Shown one piece after another: positions 9,373 through 18,661 of a stretch of DNA of 64,000 bases. Made by a program: the position numbers and the translations under genes. This DNA is from Deinococcota bacterium (GTDB lineage Bacteria > Deinococcota > Deinococci > Deinococcales > Thermaceae). The notes under the pieces were generated by a model. It saw only the letters and a list, made by a program, of their open reading frames with translations, had not been told where the DNA came from and searched no databases. The stretch lies in NCBI GenBank assembly GCA_041695225.1, contig JBGFRI010000030.1, positions 59,025 to 123,024 of the forward strand, in the 5' to 3' direction. Position 1 is the first letter of the stretch, and each line of letters begins with the position of its first letter.

Positions 9373-9433
9373 CGGCAATCGTTAGGCTCATTACGCGGTG
9401 TGGTTGGCCCTGGGCTGGCGGGTGTACCGCTAA

Positions 9434-10375
9434 TCAGGTGAACAGCGATGAGACCGACTCGCCCCGGTGAATTCGCCAGATGGCCTCGGCAAACAGCGGC
9501 CCCACGTTGAGTTGTTTGATTTTTTTGCTGGGTGTGGCCTTGTAGAGGCAGGTGTTGGTCGAGGCTACCTCCACAACCGGGCCTTTTTCGATCCGCTCGA
9601 TAGCGGGCCCCACGTATACCCCGTGGGTGAAGGCTGCCCAGACCGCCTGGGCGCCATTCTGGGTTAGCGAGTCGGCGGCCTGGAGCAGGGTTCCGGCGGT
9701 CGAGACCTCGTCGTCTACTACCAGGGCAGTCTTGCCGCGCACATCGCCTACCAGGCCCCTCGAGGTCACCTCGGTATCGGAAAGGCGCTGTTTGTCAATA
9801 AAAGCAATGGGCAGGGCCAGGCGGCGCGCCAGCGAGCTGGCCCGCTTGATATCCCCTGCGTCCGGCGCAACCACCACGGCGTTTTCCAGCCGGTCTACCT
9901 GGGTAACAAAATAGTTGGCAATCACCGGCTCGGCCGAGAGGTGGTCTACGGGAATTTTGAAGAACCCGTGTACCTGGGCCGAGTGCAGGGTCATGGTTAG
10001 CACCCGGTCGGCCCCCGCAGTCTGAATAAGGTCGGCCACCAGCCGGGCGGCAATTGAGATGCGGGGCGCGTCCTTTTTGTCGCTGCGGGCATAGGCGTAA
10101 TAGGGAATAACTGCCGTAACCCGGGCGGCGCTGCTGCTCTTGGCAGCGTCAATCATCAAAAGCAGTTCTACCAGGTGATCCTGCACCGGAGGGGTGAGTG
10201 ACTGGATGATAAAGATATCGCCCTCGCGCAGGCTTTGTTCATAGCGCACGAACAGGCAGTCGTTGGCAAAGCGCTCGGTCACGCACTTGCCCAACGGAAC
10301 CCCTAAATTTTCTGCCACTTCGTTTGCCAGGCTCAGGTTGGACTGTCCACTAAACAGCATCAGGGGTCGTTCCAT
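9434..10375 (-). CDS. prs: Ribose-phosphate pyrophosphokinase
   Basis: Motifs [27 protein letters not shown] and [11 protein letters not shown]. Start placed at [10 protein letters not shown]. Confidence 0.95.
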   Translation of the reverse strand: MERPLMLFSGQSNLSLANEVAENLGVPLGKCVTERFANDCLFVRYEQSLREGDIFIIQSLTPPVQDHLVELLLMIDAAKSSSAARVTAVIPYYAYARSDKKDAPRISIAARLVADLIQTAGADRVLTMTLHSAQVHGFFKIPVDHLSAEPVIANYFVTQVDRLENAVVVAPDAGDIKRASSLARRLALPIAFIDKQRLSDTEVTSRGLVGDVRGKTALVVDDEVSTAGTLLQAADSLTQNGAQAVWAAFTHGVYVGPAIERIEKGPVVEVASTNTCLYKATPSKKIKQLNVGPLFAEAIWRIHRGESVSSLFT

Positions 10376-10523
10376 CGCCTGAAAGCATACAACTAATAGA
10401 GTACTGCGGGTTACTCCATCTCCTGAAAGCATACAGCTAAAGAACATCGGAGGTTACTCCACCTCCTGAAACCATACGGCTAAAGAGCATCGGGGGTCGC
10501 TCCATCGCCTGAAACCATACAAC
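10351..10523 (-). repeat. Four tandem 43-44-bp units, each containing the prs -10 box and start region
   Basis: Units at 10351-10393, 10394-10437, 10438-10480 and 10481-10523. Shared minus-strand core TATGST-TTCAGGMG-RTG-GAR. Confidence 0.9.
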
Positions 10524-10781
10524 GCCGGAAGCTGTCGGCCAAAGACTCGAAGGCCAAAAAACCTGGATTGTATCAGTTGCGGTATGGATAGTTGGTTTTC
10601 GGGTACTTTGAACAGACTCCTCATCCCACACCGGAAAGACGGTACAGGATTAGCAGGCCGGTACGGCGTGAGTGTTAGAAGGCCACAGGTATCTCTCGTC
10701 GGTTTGACCCTCTGGCAGAGCTACGGCTTACGTAAAAATGTTCTTAGGTGTAAATGATTGTCCAGTCACTCCACAAGGTCG

Positions 10782-10898
10782 TTGTCATTCTGAACGGAGC
10801 CTTGGCGTAGTGAAGAATCCAATGCGCTGTGCTGCGTGTTACGCAATTACCATTACAGCGCACCAGATTCTTCGGCCAAGGCGGCCTCAGAATGACAA
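10782..10898. repeat. MITE/REP-like palindrome with 12-bp terminal inverted repeats
   Basis: TTGTCATTCTGA ... TCAGAATGACAA, with inner arms CCTTGGC/GCCAAGG and GAAGAATC/GATTCTTC. Confidence 0.85.
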
Positions 10899-10989
10899 GC
10901 TCTGTTTTCGATACGTTGCCGATCACGAAACTACCCTTTCCTGTGTGCGCCCCAGGCCCCTCCTTTGGCACTGGAAGGTGGCCCCTGGG

Positions 10990-11120
10990 CCGACGAAGCA
11001 ATCGGCTCGATGACGGCGTGGCCGGGGATGGGGATGATTAATCCATCCAGGAGGAGCTTGCGAGCCCATTAGCCGCCGGGGTGATCTGGATTGCTTCGCG
11101 CTCTGCGCTCGCAAAGACGA
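10990..11120. repeat. REP-like element, GAAGCAATC family
   Basis: CGAAGCAATC ... GATCTGGATTGCTTCG..TCGCAAAGACG. Its internal sequence resembles 45410-45565. Confidence 0.75.
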
Positions 11121-11237
11121 AAAACCCATTCCATCTTTAAGCAGGCGCAGACCAACGAAGGAGTTCACCAACCTCCTTTAGAAATGGGCGCGAGGGGGGA
11201 TTGATCGTCCTGCCCGCTTCAGGATGACGCTTGGCTA

Positions 11238-12377
11238 CTACAGGGGATTTAGCTCAGTCTGGGTGACCGTGGTCACCTCGGGGCCGGAGTTGTGCAGGTA
11301 GACATTAATTTCGCTGCGGATGCCAAATGGGCCGGGATAAACCCCCGGCTCGATGGTAAAGGCCAGGCCGGGGATCAGGGGGCGGGTGTCGTGGGTCTCG
11401 AGGTCATCCAGATGGGTTCCGTTGCCGTGGGTGGCCGAAAAGCCCAGGTGGTGGCCGGTCCGGTGCAGGATGAAGGCGCCCATTCCGGCCTGCTCAATTA
11501 CCTGCCGGGCCGCTCGATCCAGCTCGTAGCCTCTGGGCACGCGGTTCTGGGTGCAGGCCTGGCGGCAGAGCTTTAGGGCCGCCTCCCGCGCATCCCGCAC
11601 CACCCTCCAGGCAGTCTGTACCTGATCGGGCACCTCCCAGCCGGCCATCCAGGTCACATCGGCATAGGGGCCCTGGGGCTCCTTGCACCACAGGTCCAGG
11701 AGCATCACCTGGCCCCGCTCCAAGCGAGTCTCTCCTGCGGTGTGGTGGGGGTTGGCGGCACTGGGGCCATAGGCCACCATGGCCGCATGGTCGAAGACCA
11801 GGCCCTTTGAAGTGAGCACCTTGCTAATCTGGGCCTGTACCTCGAGCTCAGTGGGGGGGCCATCCAGCCGCGCGCGCACAAACTCCAGGGCGTGTTCCAG
11901 CGCTGCTGCAATGCCCGCCGCCGCCCGCTTGTGCGAGGCCAGGGCTGCTTTATCCCAGGTCTGGAACTGCAACAAGACCTCTGCCGAAGAGACCACCTCG
12001 AGCCCCATTCCCCGCAGCAGCTCCAGGGTTCCGGCATCAATCCGCGACAGGTAGGGAATACCCCCGCCCGGATGGTATTCCATGGCAATGCGCCCCAGCG
12101 GGGCCACATGGGTTTGCAGGGCCTGGGCGAAATGTTCCCAGCTAAAGAAGACCACCTTTTGGCCCGGCAGGTCGGGAAAGCTGGTTTTCTCGATGGCGTG
12201 GACGATCAGGACCGGCTCGCCCTGGGCTGGTATCAGATAGGCAAAGCGGCGGCTGAGCATGCGGCCTTGCAGCCCCAGGGCCTCGAGGGCCAGCACATTG
12301 CTACCCTGAAAACTGTAGAGCAACCAGCCGGCAATGCGGGCTTCCTGCAGGGCCTGCTGGGCTTTGGCGATGTCCAT
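11238..12377 (-). CDS. M24 family metallopeptidase (Xaa-Pro aminopeptidase-like)
   Basis: Motifs LLDLW..YADVTW, HRTGHHLG, TIEPGVY and GIRSE. Confidence 0.9.
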   Translation of the reverse strand: MDIAKAQQALQEARIAGWLLYSFQGSNVLALEALGLQGRMLSRRFAYLIPAQGEPVLIVHAIEKTSFPDLPGQKVVFFSWEHFAQALQTHVAPLGRIAMEYHPGGGIPYLSRIDAGTLELLRGMGLEVVSSAEVLLQFQTWDKAALASHKRAAAGIAAALEHALEFVRARLDGPPTELEVQAQISKVLTSKGLVFDHAAMVAYGPSAANPHHTAGETRLERGQVMLLDLWCKEPQGPYADVTWMAGWEVPDQVQTAWRVVRDAREAALKLCRQACTQNRVPRGYELDRAARQVIEQAGMGAFILHRTGHHLGFSATHGNGTHLDDLETHDTRPLIPGLAFTIEPGVYPGPFGIRSEINVYLHNSGPEVTTVTQTELNPL

Positions 12378-12615
12378 ATGTTCATACTAACGGGTGGGGG
12401 AGCTAGCGGGCAGGGCGAGGACTTTCAGGATGGCAAATAGCTCATAGCTTATGTCGGATAGCCAAAAGCGGACGCGCTATCGGCTATGTGCTATCGGCTA
12501 TCAGCTTCAGGTGTTCCCCAGCCCGCAGGGTGGTACTCACCGCTTCAACCACGGCCGTGCGCCCGCTTACGTTTGTCCCGGCACCTGGTGCTAATCTTGA
12601 GATTGGAGGTTTCTT

Positions 12616-13008
12616 GTGGTTCAGGAGCAGACTGCCCTTTCCATTACGCCTTTGGCGGCGGAACGCGCCAGGGAAATTCTAAACCGATACAACAAACCCG
12701 AGGCGGCTATTCGGGTTTTTATCAAGTCTGGTGGCTGTAGTGGCTACCAGTACGGCATGGCGGTAGACGAGCGGGAGCTCGAGGGCGATACCACCGTAGA
12801 AATGCTGGGCGTGCGGCTGGTAGTGGATCGGATGTCCCTGCCCCTGCTAGCAGGCTCCCAGGTGGACTGGGTGGAAAACCTGATGGGAGGTGGCTTCAGC
12901 GTTAATAACCCTCAGGCCACTTCGTCTTGTGGGTGTGGGCACTCTTTCCGCACCGATGGGTCCAGCGCCCCCGATGGCGAAGGCAGCGGCGGCTGTGGTA
13001 GCCGCTAA
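12616..13008 (+). CDS. IscA/HesB-type Fe-S cluster assembly carrier
   Basis: Motifs GGCSG and [21 protein letters not shown] upstream. Confidence 0.92.
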   Translation: MVQEQTALSITPLAAERAREILNRYNKPEAAIRVFIKSGGCSGYQYGMAVDERELEGDTTVEMLGVRLVVDRMSLPLLAGSQVDWVENLMGGGFSVNNPQATSSCGCGHSFRTDGSSAPDGEGSGGCGSR

Positions 13009-13222
13009 GGCGAAATTTGCCTTTTGATATTCCTCTGCCGTAAGCAGAACCCGGGCCATTGACAAATATTGTAGTTTAGTTTACAAATCGGCGTTTTGAT
13101 GGGCCTCAACATCCACCAACAGGTGGATGTTGTTCTGTGACCAGGTCCGATTTGTGCCCTCTGCTGGCAAAAAACTCCCCAAACAATTACTGCATCGGCC
13201 CGCAGCCTGTTCAAGCTCGTGT

Positions 13223-13250
13223 TTGACGGCTATGGCCAGATAGCTATAAT
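13223..13250 (+). promoter_or_regulatory. Sigma70-type promoter for the peptide ABC locus
   Basis: TTGACG-N16-TATAAT. The spacer is itself an inverted repeat (GCTAT..ATAGC). Confidence 0.65.
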
Positions 13251-13317
13251 GGTAGCGGCAAAATGCCACTGCAATAAAATGGTTCTGCTTAGCCGCAGAA
13301 TCGCAAAAGGAGGCTAG

Positions 13318-15198
13318 ATGAAGCGATTTAGTAAACTGGTTGCACTTGGTCTAAGTCTGTTGACCAGCGCAGCCCTGGCCGGCCCGGCTGACAACAGCCT
13401 GGTGGTCGGTACCTCGCAGGAACCTCGCGTGCTGGGAGGGGATTTTCTCAATGTGATCTCCAACCAGTCTATCAAGGTAGAGATCGAGAATTATCTGTTT
13501 GCTCCTCTGATGACGCTGGGCCTGGACTCCCAGCCTATTCCCGTTCTGGTTACCGAGGTGCCCACCCTGGCCAACCGCAGGGTGCGGGTTACCGATGTGG
13601 GTGCGGGCAAGCGCCGTGTTGAGATTGATCTGACCCTCAGGCCCAACCTGCGCTGGTCTGACGGCGACGCTCTCGATACCGACGACGTGGCTTTCTTTGT
13701 GGAGGTGGCCAAGGCCAAGGGAATGGCCCTCAACAACCCCGACTTCTGGGATCGTCTGAGCCTGCGCGTGCGCGACCGGCAGAACTTCACCGTTACCTTT
13801 GAGCCGGCTTACTACTACGACATTACCGTCTCCTTAGCCGGAAACTTCACTGCGCCCTCGCACATCATGCGTGCCGAGTGGGAACGGGTCAAAGCTGCCG
13901 CCGCCCCTCTCAACCCCGATCGCGATGCCCAGCGCCTGAACGAGCTGTACCGTAACTTCTTCCAGCAGTTCAGCTCCAATGCTGCCATCAACCGGGGTAG
14001 AATGGTCTTTAGTGGGCCCTTCCGCGCTACGCGCTGGGTTCCTAACAGCACCATCGAGATGGTTCGCAACCCCCACTTTAACGCCATCGTGCCCGAGGGT
14101 GGCCACGAACGCTACGTTCAGCGCGTGGTTTACCGCATTATCCAGAATACCAACTCGCTTTTGGTAGCCATCATGGGTGGTGGAATTGATGCTACCTCGG
14201 CAGTTGGTATTTCGGCAGACCAGGCCCGCAGCAGGCAGCTCCTTACCCGTGCCCCGGGGCGTTTTGATGTCTGGGCCGTGCCGGGCGCTATCTGGGAGCA
14301 CATTGACATCAACAAGTTCACCAACGTTCAGCGGGTGCGCGACCTTACCCTGGACGACCGCCGTACCCGCCAGGCCCTGCTCTATGCCATCAACCGCGAC
14401 GCCTGGGTGCAGGCCTTCTTTGGCGGTACCGAGCCGGTCTCGCATACCTGGATTGCCCCAACCAACCCCCTGTTTAGCGATGCCATTAGAAGATACCCCC
14501 ACAACCCGGCCCGCGCGCGCGAACTGCTGGCCGCCGTAGGCTGGCGCCCCGGCCCCGATGGCATCTTGCAGCGCACTGTGGAAGGCCGCACCGTTCGCTT
14601 CGAGATGGAGTTTGTGACCACTGCCGGCAATGCCATCCGCGAGCGCACCCAGCAGCTCTTTATCGAGCAGTGGCGCCAGGTGGGAATTGCCGTGCGTGCT
14701 GCCAATGCCCCCAGCGCGGTGGTCTTCGCCGACGACTTTATCCAGCGCGGCGAGGAAGGGCGCTGGCTGTTCTTCATGTTCGCCTGGGTTAGCGGTCTGT
14801 CCGAAGATGGCAACCTGTTCCAGTTCCGTAATCTGAATACCGGCGCCCAACTGGTGCCTACTCGCGAGAACAACTTTGCCGGGCAGAACATCGGAAACTG
14901 GCGCAACGAAGAGTTTGACCGGCTGACCAGCCAGGGCGCCATTGAGTTCGACGAAGCCCGCCGTAGACAGCTCTTTGCCCGCGCCCAGCAGATCTGGGCC
15001 GAAGAACTGCCAGCCCTACCGCTGCGCTTCCGCTCCAACTTCATAGTGGTACGCAGCGGCCTGGTGAACTACGTCACCTCTGCATATGCAGGCGGCAACG
15101 GCAACCCTGGGTGGAACGCCTGGGAGATTGGCTGGACCGCCCGTGGTGCGGTGCGCCGCCACGACCAGGCCCAAGCTGGTGGGGTAGCCATCCGCTAA
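13318..15198 (+). CDS. Peptide ABC transporter substrate-binding protein (family 5)
   Basis: Signal peptide, LRWSDG, WEHIDIN, RQAL.YAINR, AEELPALPL. Confidence 0.9.
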   Translation: MKRFSKLVALGLSLLTSAALAGPADNSLVVGTSQEPRVLGGDFLNVISNQSIKVEIENYLFAPLMTLGLDSQPIPVLVTEVPTLANRRVRVTDVGAGKRRVEIDLTLRPNLRWSDGDALDTDDVAFFVEVAKAKGMALNNPDFWDRLSLRVRDRQNFTVTFEPAYYYDITVSLAGNFTAPSHIMRAEWERVKAAAAPLNPDRDAQRLNELYRNFFQQFSSNAAINRGRMVFSGPFRATRWVPNSTIEMVRNPHFNAIVPEGGHERYVQRVVYRIIQNTNSLLVAIMGGGIDATSAVGISADQARSRQLLTRAPGRFDVWAVPGAIWEHIDINKFTNVQRVRDLTLDDRRTRQALLYAINRDAWVQAFFGGTEPVSHTWIAPTNPLFSDAIRRYPHNPARARELLAAVGWRPGPDGILQRTVEGRTVRFEMEFVTTAGNAIRERTQQLFIEQWRQVGIAVRAANAPSAVVFADDFIQRGEEGRWLFFMFAWVSGLSEDGNLFQFRNLNTGAQLVPTRENNFAGQNIGNWRNEEFDRLTSQGAIEFDEARRRQLFARAQQIWAEELPALPLRFRSNFIVVRSGLVNYVTSAYAGGNGNPGWNAWEIGWTARGAVRRHDQAQAGGVAIR

Positions 15199-15216
15199 GG
15201 CCGCTTTACTTTCAAC

Positions 15217-15244
15217 AAACCAGGGGGTCACCCCCTGGTTTTTC
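15217..15244 (+). terminator. Intrinsic terminator
   Basis: AAACCAGGGGG-TCA-CCCCCTGGTTT followed by further T residues. Confidence 0.85.
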
Positions 15245-15414
15245 CATAACAGGAGCTAGTGGTAGTTCCGAAAGATGCCGACAGATGGCGCCAATCCTGC
15301 CCCCGGTAATTCGGTCGCCTCGAGGACTTCCACTTACCCCCTTCGAGGTGCTCCCTTCGACATACCCAGGGCAAGCGGGGTTAGTCCACGAGGGGAGCGG
15401 GAGTAAGAGCCGGT

Positions 15415-15540
15415 GAGATTCTTCGTCGCTACGCTCCTCAGAATGACAGAGAAGGGCTCCTCAGAATCACAGAGGAAGGTTAATCAGAGTGAGGCTAATC
15501 AAAGTGGCAGAGGAAAGCGCCCACAGAATGACAGAGGAAT
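15415..15540. repeat. Half REP-like element plus repeated CAGAATSACAGAG motif
   Basis: GAGATTCTTCG..CTCAGAATGAC matches the right arm of the 10782 element. The motif recurs three times. Confidence 0.65.
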
Positions 15541-15622
15541 GCGCCCAGGTCGTAGTATGGTGCTGTGAGTGAAGAGATAGAGTCGGTGCCAGGCCACAGG
15601 CTGGCAGCAGGGGGAGGCAAGG

Positions 15623-17470
15623 ATGATACGAAAGCTGATGGGGTTGATAGTGTTGGGGGGTCTGGCCCTGGCTGGCCCCGAGGACAACAGTCTGGTAATC
15701 GGAGCGGCGCAGGAGCCTAGGGTACTGGCGGGGGATGTGGTCAATGTCATCTCGAACCAGTCCATCAAGTTTGAGATCGAAAACTTTCTGTTTGCGCCCA
15801 TGCTTCAGACCAACCGCGACCTCGAGCTCATTCCCGTGGTAGCCACCGAGGTGCCCACGGTGCAAAATGGCCGGGTGCGCTTTAGCAATATTCGCCCTGG
15901 GGTGCGCCGGCTCGAGATTGACTACACCATCCGCCCCGAGGCAGTCTGGTCGGATGGGCGCGCCATCACTACCGAGGACGTGGCGCTGTGGTTCGAGATC
16001 GGGCAGACCCGGGGGGTTGCCTCGACGCTGGTAGACTTTTTTGAGCGGTCCAGTCTGCGCGTGCGTGACGCGCGAAACTTTACGGTTACCCTCGAGCCAG
16101 CCTACTTTTACGACCTGGAGGTACACCGGGCCTTTTATGCCCCCAACCACATCATGCGGACCGAGTGGGACCGGGCCAAAGAGGCCGCCGCCCGCACCAC
16201 CGAGGCCGCGCGCCAGGCCGAGATATTCCGCAATTTCTTCAACCAGTTTTCTAACCCGCAGTTTCTCAATTCCGGGCGCATGGTTTACTCCGGGGCATTC
16301 ACCCTCACCCGCTGGGTTCCGGGAAGCAGCCTGGAAATGCGGCGCAACCCGCGCTTCTGGATCAAACCCCCAGGGGGCGAGGAAAGGTATGTGCAGCGGG
16401 TGGTTTACCGCTTCATCCAGAACACCAACTCGCTGCTGGTGGCCATTCTGGGGGGCGGGATTGATGCAGGTTCCAGCGTCTCCATCACCTTCGACCAGGG
16501 CATCAGTCCCCAGCTGGTAAACCGGGCGCAGGGCCGTTTTGAACTCTGGTCGGTGCCCACGCCTTTCTTCGAGCATATCGAGATCAATCAGTTCACCAAC
16601 GTGCAGCAGGTGCGCGACCTCCAGCTCCACGACCCCCGCACCCGCCAGGCCTTGACCCTGGCCATGAACCGCGAAGGAATCGTGCGTTCCTTTTTCAATA
16701 ATTTCTACAGCGTGGCCCACACCTGGGTCTCGCCGCAGAACCCCATGATCAATCCTAATGTCACCCGCTACCCCTTCAACCCAGATCGGGCCCGGCAGCT
16801 CCTGGCCGAACTGGGCTGGCGGCCCGGCCCGGATGGAATTCTGCAGCGCAGCGTGGATGGCCGGACGGTGCGATTCGAGCTGGAGTGGGCTACCACCTCG
16901 GGTAATGTTGTGCGCGAGCGCATCCAGCAGTTTGTGGCAGAAAACTACCGCCAGGTGGGCATTGCAGTGCGAATCAGAAATGCTCCCAGCGCAGTGGTGC
17001 TGGGGGCGCCGTTTCGCTCGAGGGCGCAGGAAGGAACCTGGACAGGCTTTCTGCAGTTTGCCTTCAGCATGGGCCAGGCCGACGATGGGGTACGCTCGGG
17101 CTGCCGAGACGACGAGGGCCGGGTCATTCACATCCCCACCCGGGAGAACGGCTTTAGGGGGCTCAACTTTGGCGGCTGGTGCAACGAAGAGTTCGACCGC
17201 CTGCGCAACCAGGCCGTAGTGGAATTCGACGCCAACCGGCGCAGACAGACCTTCGCCCGGATGCAGGAGATCTGGGCCAGCGAAGTGGCCATGATACCCC
17301 TCTACTTTGTCTCCGATGTGCGGGTTTTCCGGGTTGGCCTGCTCAACTATGTCTCCTCGACCTTTGCCAGCTCGGCCTACCCCACCATCGAGCCCTGGCT
17401 CATCGGCTGGCGGCAGCGCGGGGCGCAGCAGGTCTACGACCAGGCCAGGTACGCCCAGCGCATCCGGTAG
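15623..17470 (+). CDS. Peptide ABC transporter substrate-binding protein, paralog 2
   Basis: Colinear with the 13318 protein (NVISNQSIK.EIEN, IQNTNSLLVAI, GWRPGPDGILQR). Confidence 0.9.
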   Translation: MIRKLMGLIVLGGLALAGPEDNSLVIGAAQEPRVLAGDVVNVISNQSIKFEIENFLFAPMLQTNRDLELIPVVATEVPTVQNGRVRFSNIRPGVRRLEIDYTIRPEAVWSDGRAITTEDVALWFEIGQTRGVASTLVDFFERSSLRVRDARNFTVTLEPAYFYDLEVHRAFYAPNHIMRTEWDRAKEAAARTTEAARQAEIFRNFFNQFSNPQFLNSGRMVYSGAFTLTRWVPGSSLEMRRNPRFWIKPPGGEERYVQRVVYRFIQNTNSLLVAILGGGIDAGSSVSITFDQGISPQLVNRAQGRFELWSVPTPFFEHIEINQFTNVQQVRDLQLHDPRTRQALTLAMNREGIVRSFFNNFYSVAHTWVSPQNPMINPNVTRYPFNPDRARQLLAELGWRPGPDGILQRSVDGRTVRFELEWATTSGNVVRERIQQFVAENYRQVGIAVRIRNAPSAVVLGAPFRSRAQEGTWTGFLQFAFSMGQADDGVRSGCRDDEGRVIHIPTRENGFRGLNFGGWCNEEFDRLRNQAVVEFDANRRRQTFARMQEIWASEVAMIPLYFVSDVRVFRVGLLNYVSSTFASSAYPTIEPWLIGWRQRGAQQVYDQARYAQRIR

Positions 17471-17481
17471 CGGTGGCTTCC

Positions 17482-17518
17482 CCAACCCCTTCTAAGCTAG
17501 AAGGGGTTGTTTCGCTTT
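17482..17518 (+). terminator. Hairpin, probable terminator or attenuator after the second binding protein
   Basis: CAACCCCTTCTA-AGC-TAGAAGGGGTTG followed by TTTCGCTTT. Confidence 0.65.
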
Positions 17519-17642
17519 CCCGGCCGACACATTGTCGGCCGGTTCTCTGGCCGCCCCTGTGCGCATCATCCACCGTTCGGTGGATGATCAAAATTAGAAG
17601 CGACTAGAACCAAAAACGGTCAAGAGACAGTAATATAGTCGG

Positions 17643-18653
17643 GTGTTTGCTTATACACTCCGCCGAGTGCTGCAAATGATCCCGTTGTTGTTTGCGGCTT
17701 CAGTAGTCATCTTTACCTTGCTGGCCCTACAGCCCGGAGACCCTCTGGACGAACTGCGGCAGCAGAACCCTCGCCTTACTGCCGAACAGTTCGAGCAGCT
17801 TCGCCGGGCCCACGGCCTTGACCAGCCCATATATGTGCGCTACTTCAAGTGGCTTGGAAGGGCTATCCAGGGAGACTTTGGTCAGTCCCGCACCTATGCC
17901 TCGCCCGCCGGGCAGTTTGTCTTTGAGCAGCGTCTGCCGCGCACTTTGATTCTCTCGGGTGCGGCCCTGCTCCTGGCCTTGCTGGTGGCCATTCCGGTGG
18001 GCATCTTCTCGGCAGTGCGGCAGTATAGCCGGGCTGATTATGCCATTACTTTTATGTCCTTTGTGGGGTTTTCAATGCCAGTCTTTTTTTTGGGCATCCT
18101 GCTGCTGTTTACCTTTGCGGTCTGGCTGCCGGAACAAATACAGGGGTTCCCGCGTTTTCCGGTGCAGAGCGTCTCTGACTTCCAGTGGGTGCAGGTACTC
18201 GAGGGGCAGATCACCTTTTTCCAGTACATTGGCGACTGGGCCTTCAAGTTAGTACTGCCGGTGCTAACCCTCTCGACCATCCAGATGGCGGCCTGGACCC
18301 GCTATATGCGGGCTAGCCTGCTCGAGGTCTTAAACCAGGACTACATACGCACCGCCCGCGCAAAAGGGCTGGGCGAGCGTATTGTGCTCTACAAACACGC
18401 CCTGCGCAATGCCCTGATCCCGCTGGTAACCCTGGTGGGTCTGGCAATTCCGGGGGTATTTGGCGGGGCGGTAATCACTGAGACTATCTTCTCGTATCCC
18501 GGTATGGGCCGGGCAATCTTCGACTCGCTGATTGAAAAAGACTATAACGTGGCCATGGCAGCCCTGGCCTTTCTGGCCTTACTGACAGCCACCTTCAACC
18601 TGGTGGCCGATCTGATGTATGCGGTGGTAGATCCGCGTATCCGTTATAGTTAG
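17643..18653 (+). CDS. Peptide ABC transporter permease (OppB/DppB type)
   Basis: Motifs GLDQP..RY, DYIRTARAKGL, HALRNA, ETIFSYPGMG and DPRI. Confidence 0.93.
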   Translation: MFAYTLRRVLQMIPLLFAASVVIFTLLALQPGDPLDELRQQNPRLTAEQFEQLRRAHGLDQPIYVRYFKWLGRAIQGDFGQSRTYASPAGQFVFEQRLPRTLILSGAALLLALLVAIPVGIFSAVRQYSRADYAITFMSFVGFSMPVFFLGILLLFTFAVWLPEQIQGFPRFPVQSVSDFQWVQVLEGQITFFQYIGDWAFKLVLPVLTLSTIQMAAWTRYMRASLLEVLNQDYIRTARAKGLGERIVLYKHALRNALIPLVTLVGLAIPGVFGGAVITETIFSYPGMGRAIFDSLIEKDYNVAMAALAFLALLTATFNLVADLMYAVVDPRIRYS

Positions 18654-18661
18654 GGGGTTGT

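Noticed and set aside
10351..10523. Possible CRISPR array
   Set aside because: Units are contiguous degenerate tandem copies without unique spacers, and no cas genes are present.
15467..17485. 672-aa minus-strand ORF
   Set aside because: Antisense shadow of the binding-protein gene, a common artefact of GC-rich codon bias. The same applies to 13834-14850, 30769-31872 and similar ORFs.
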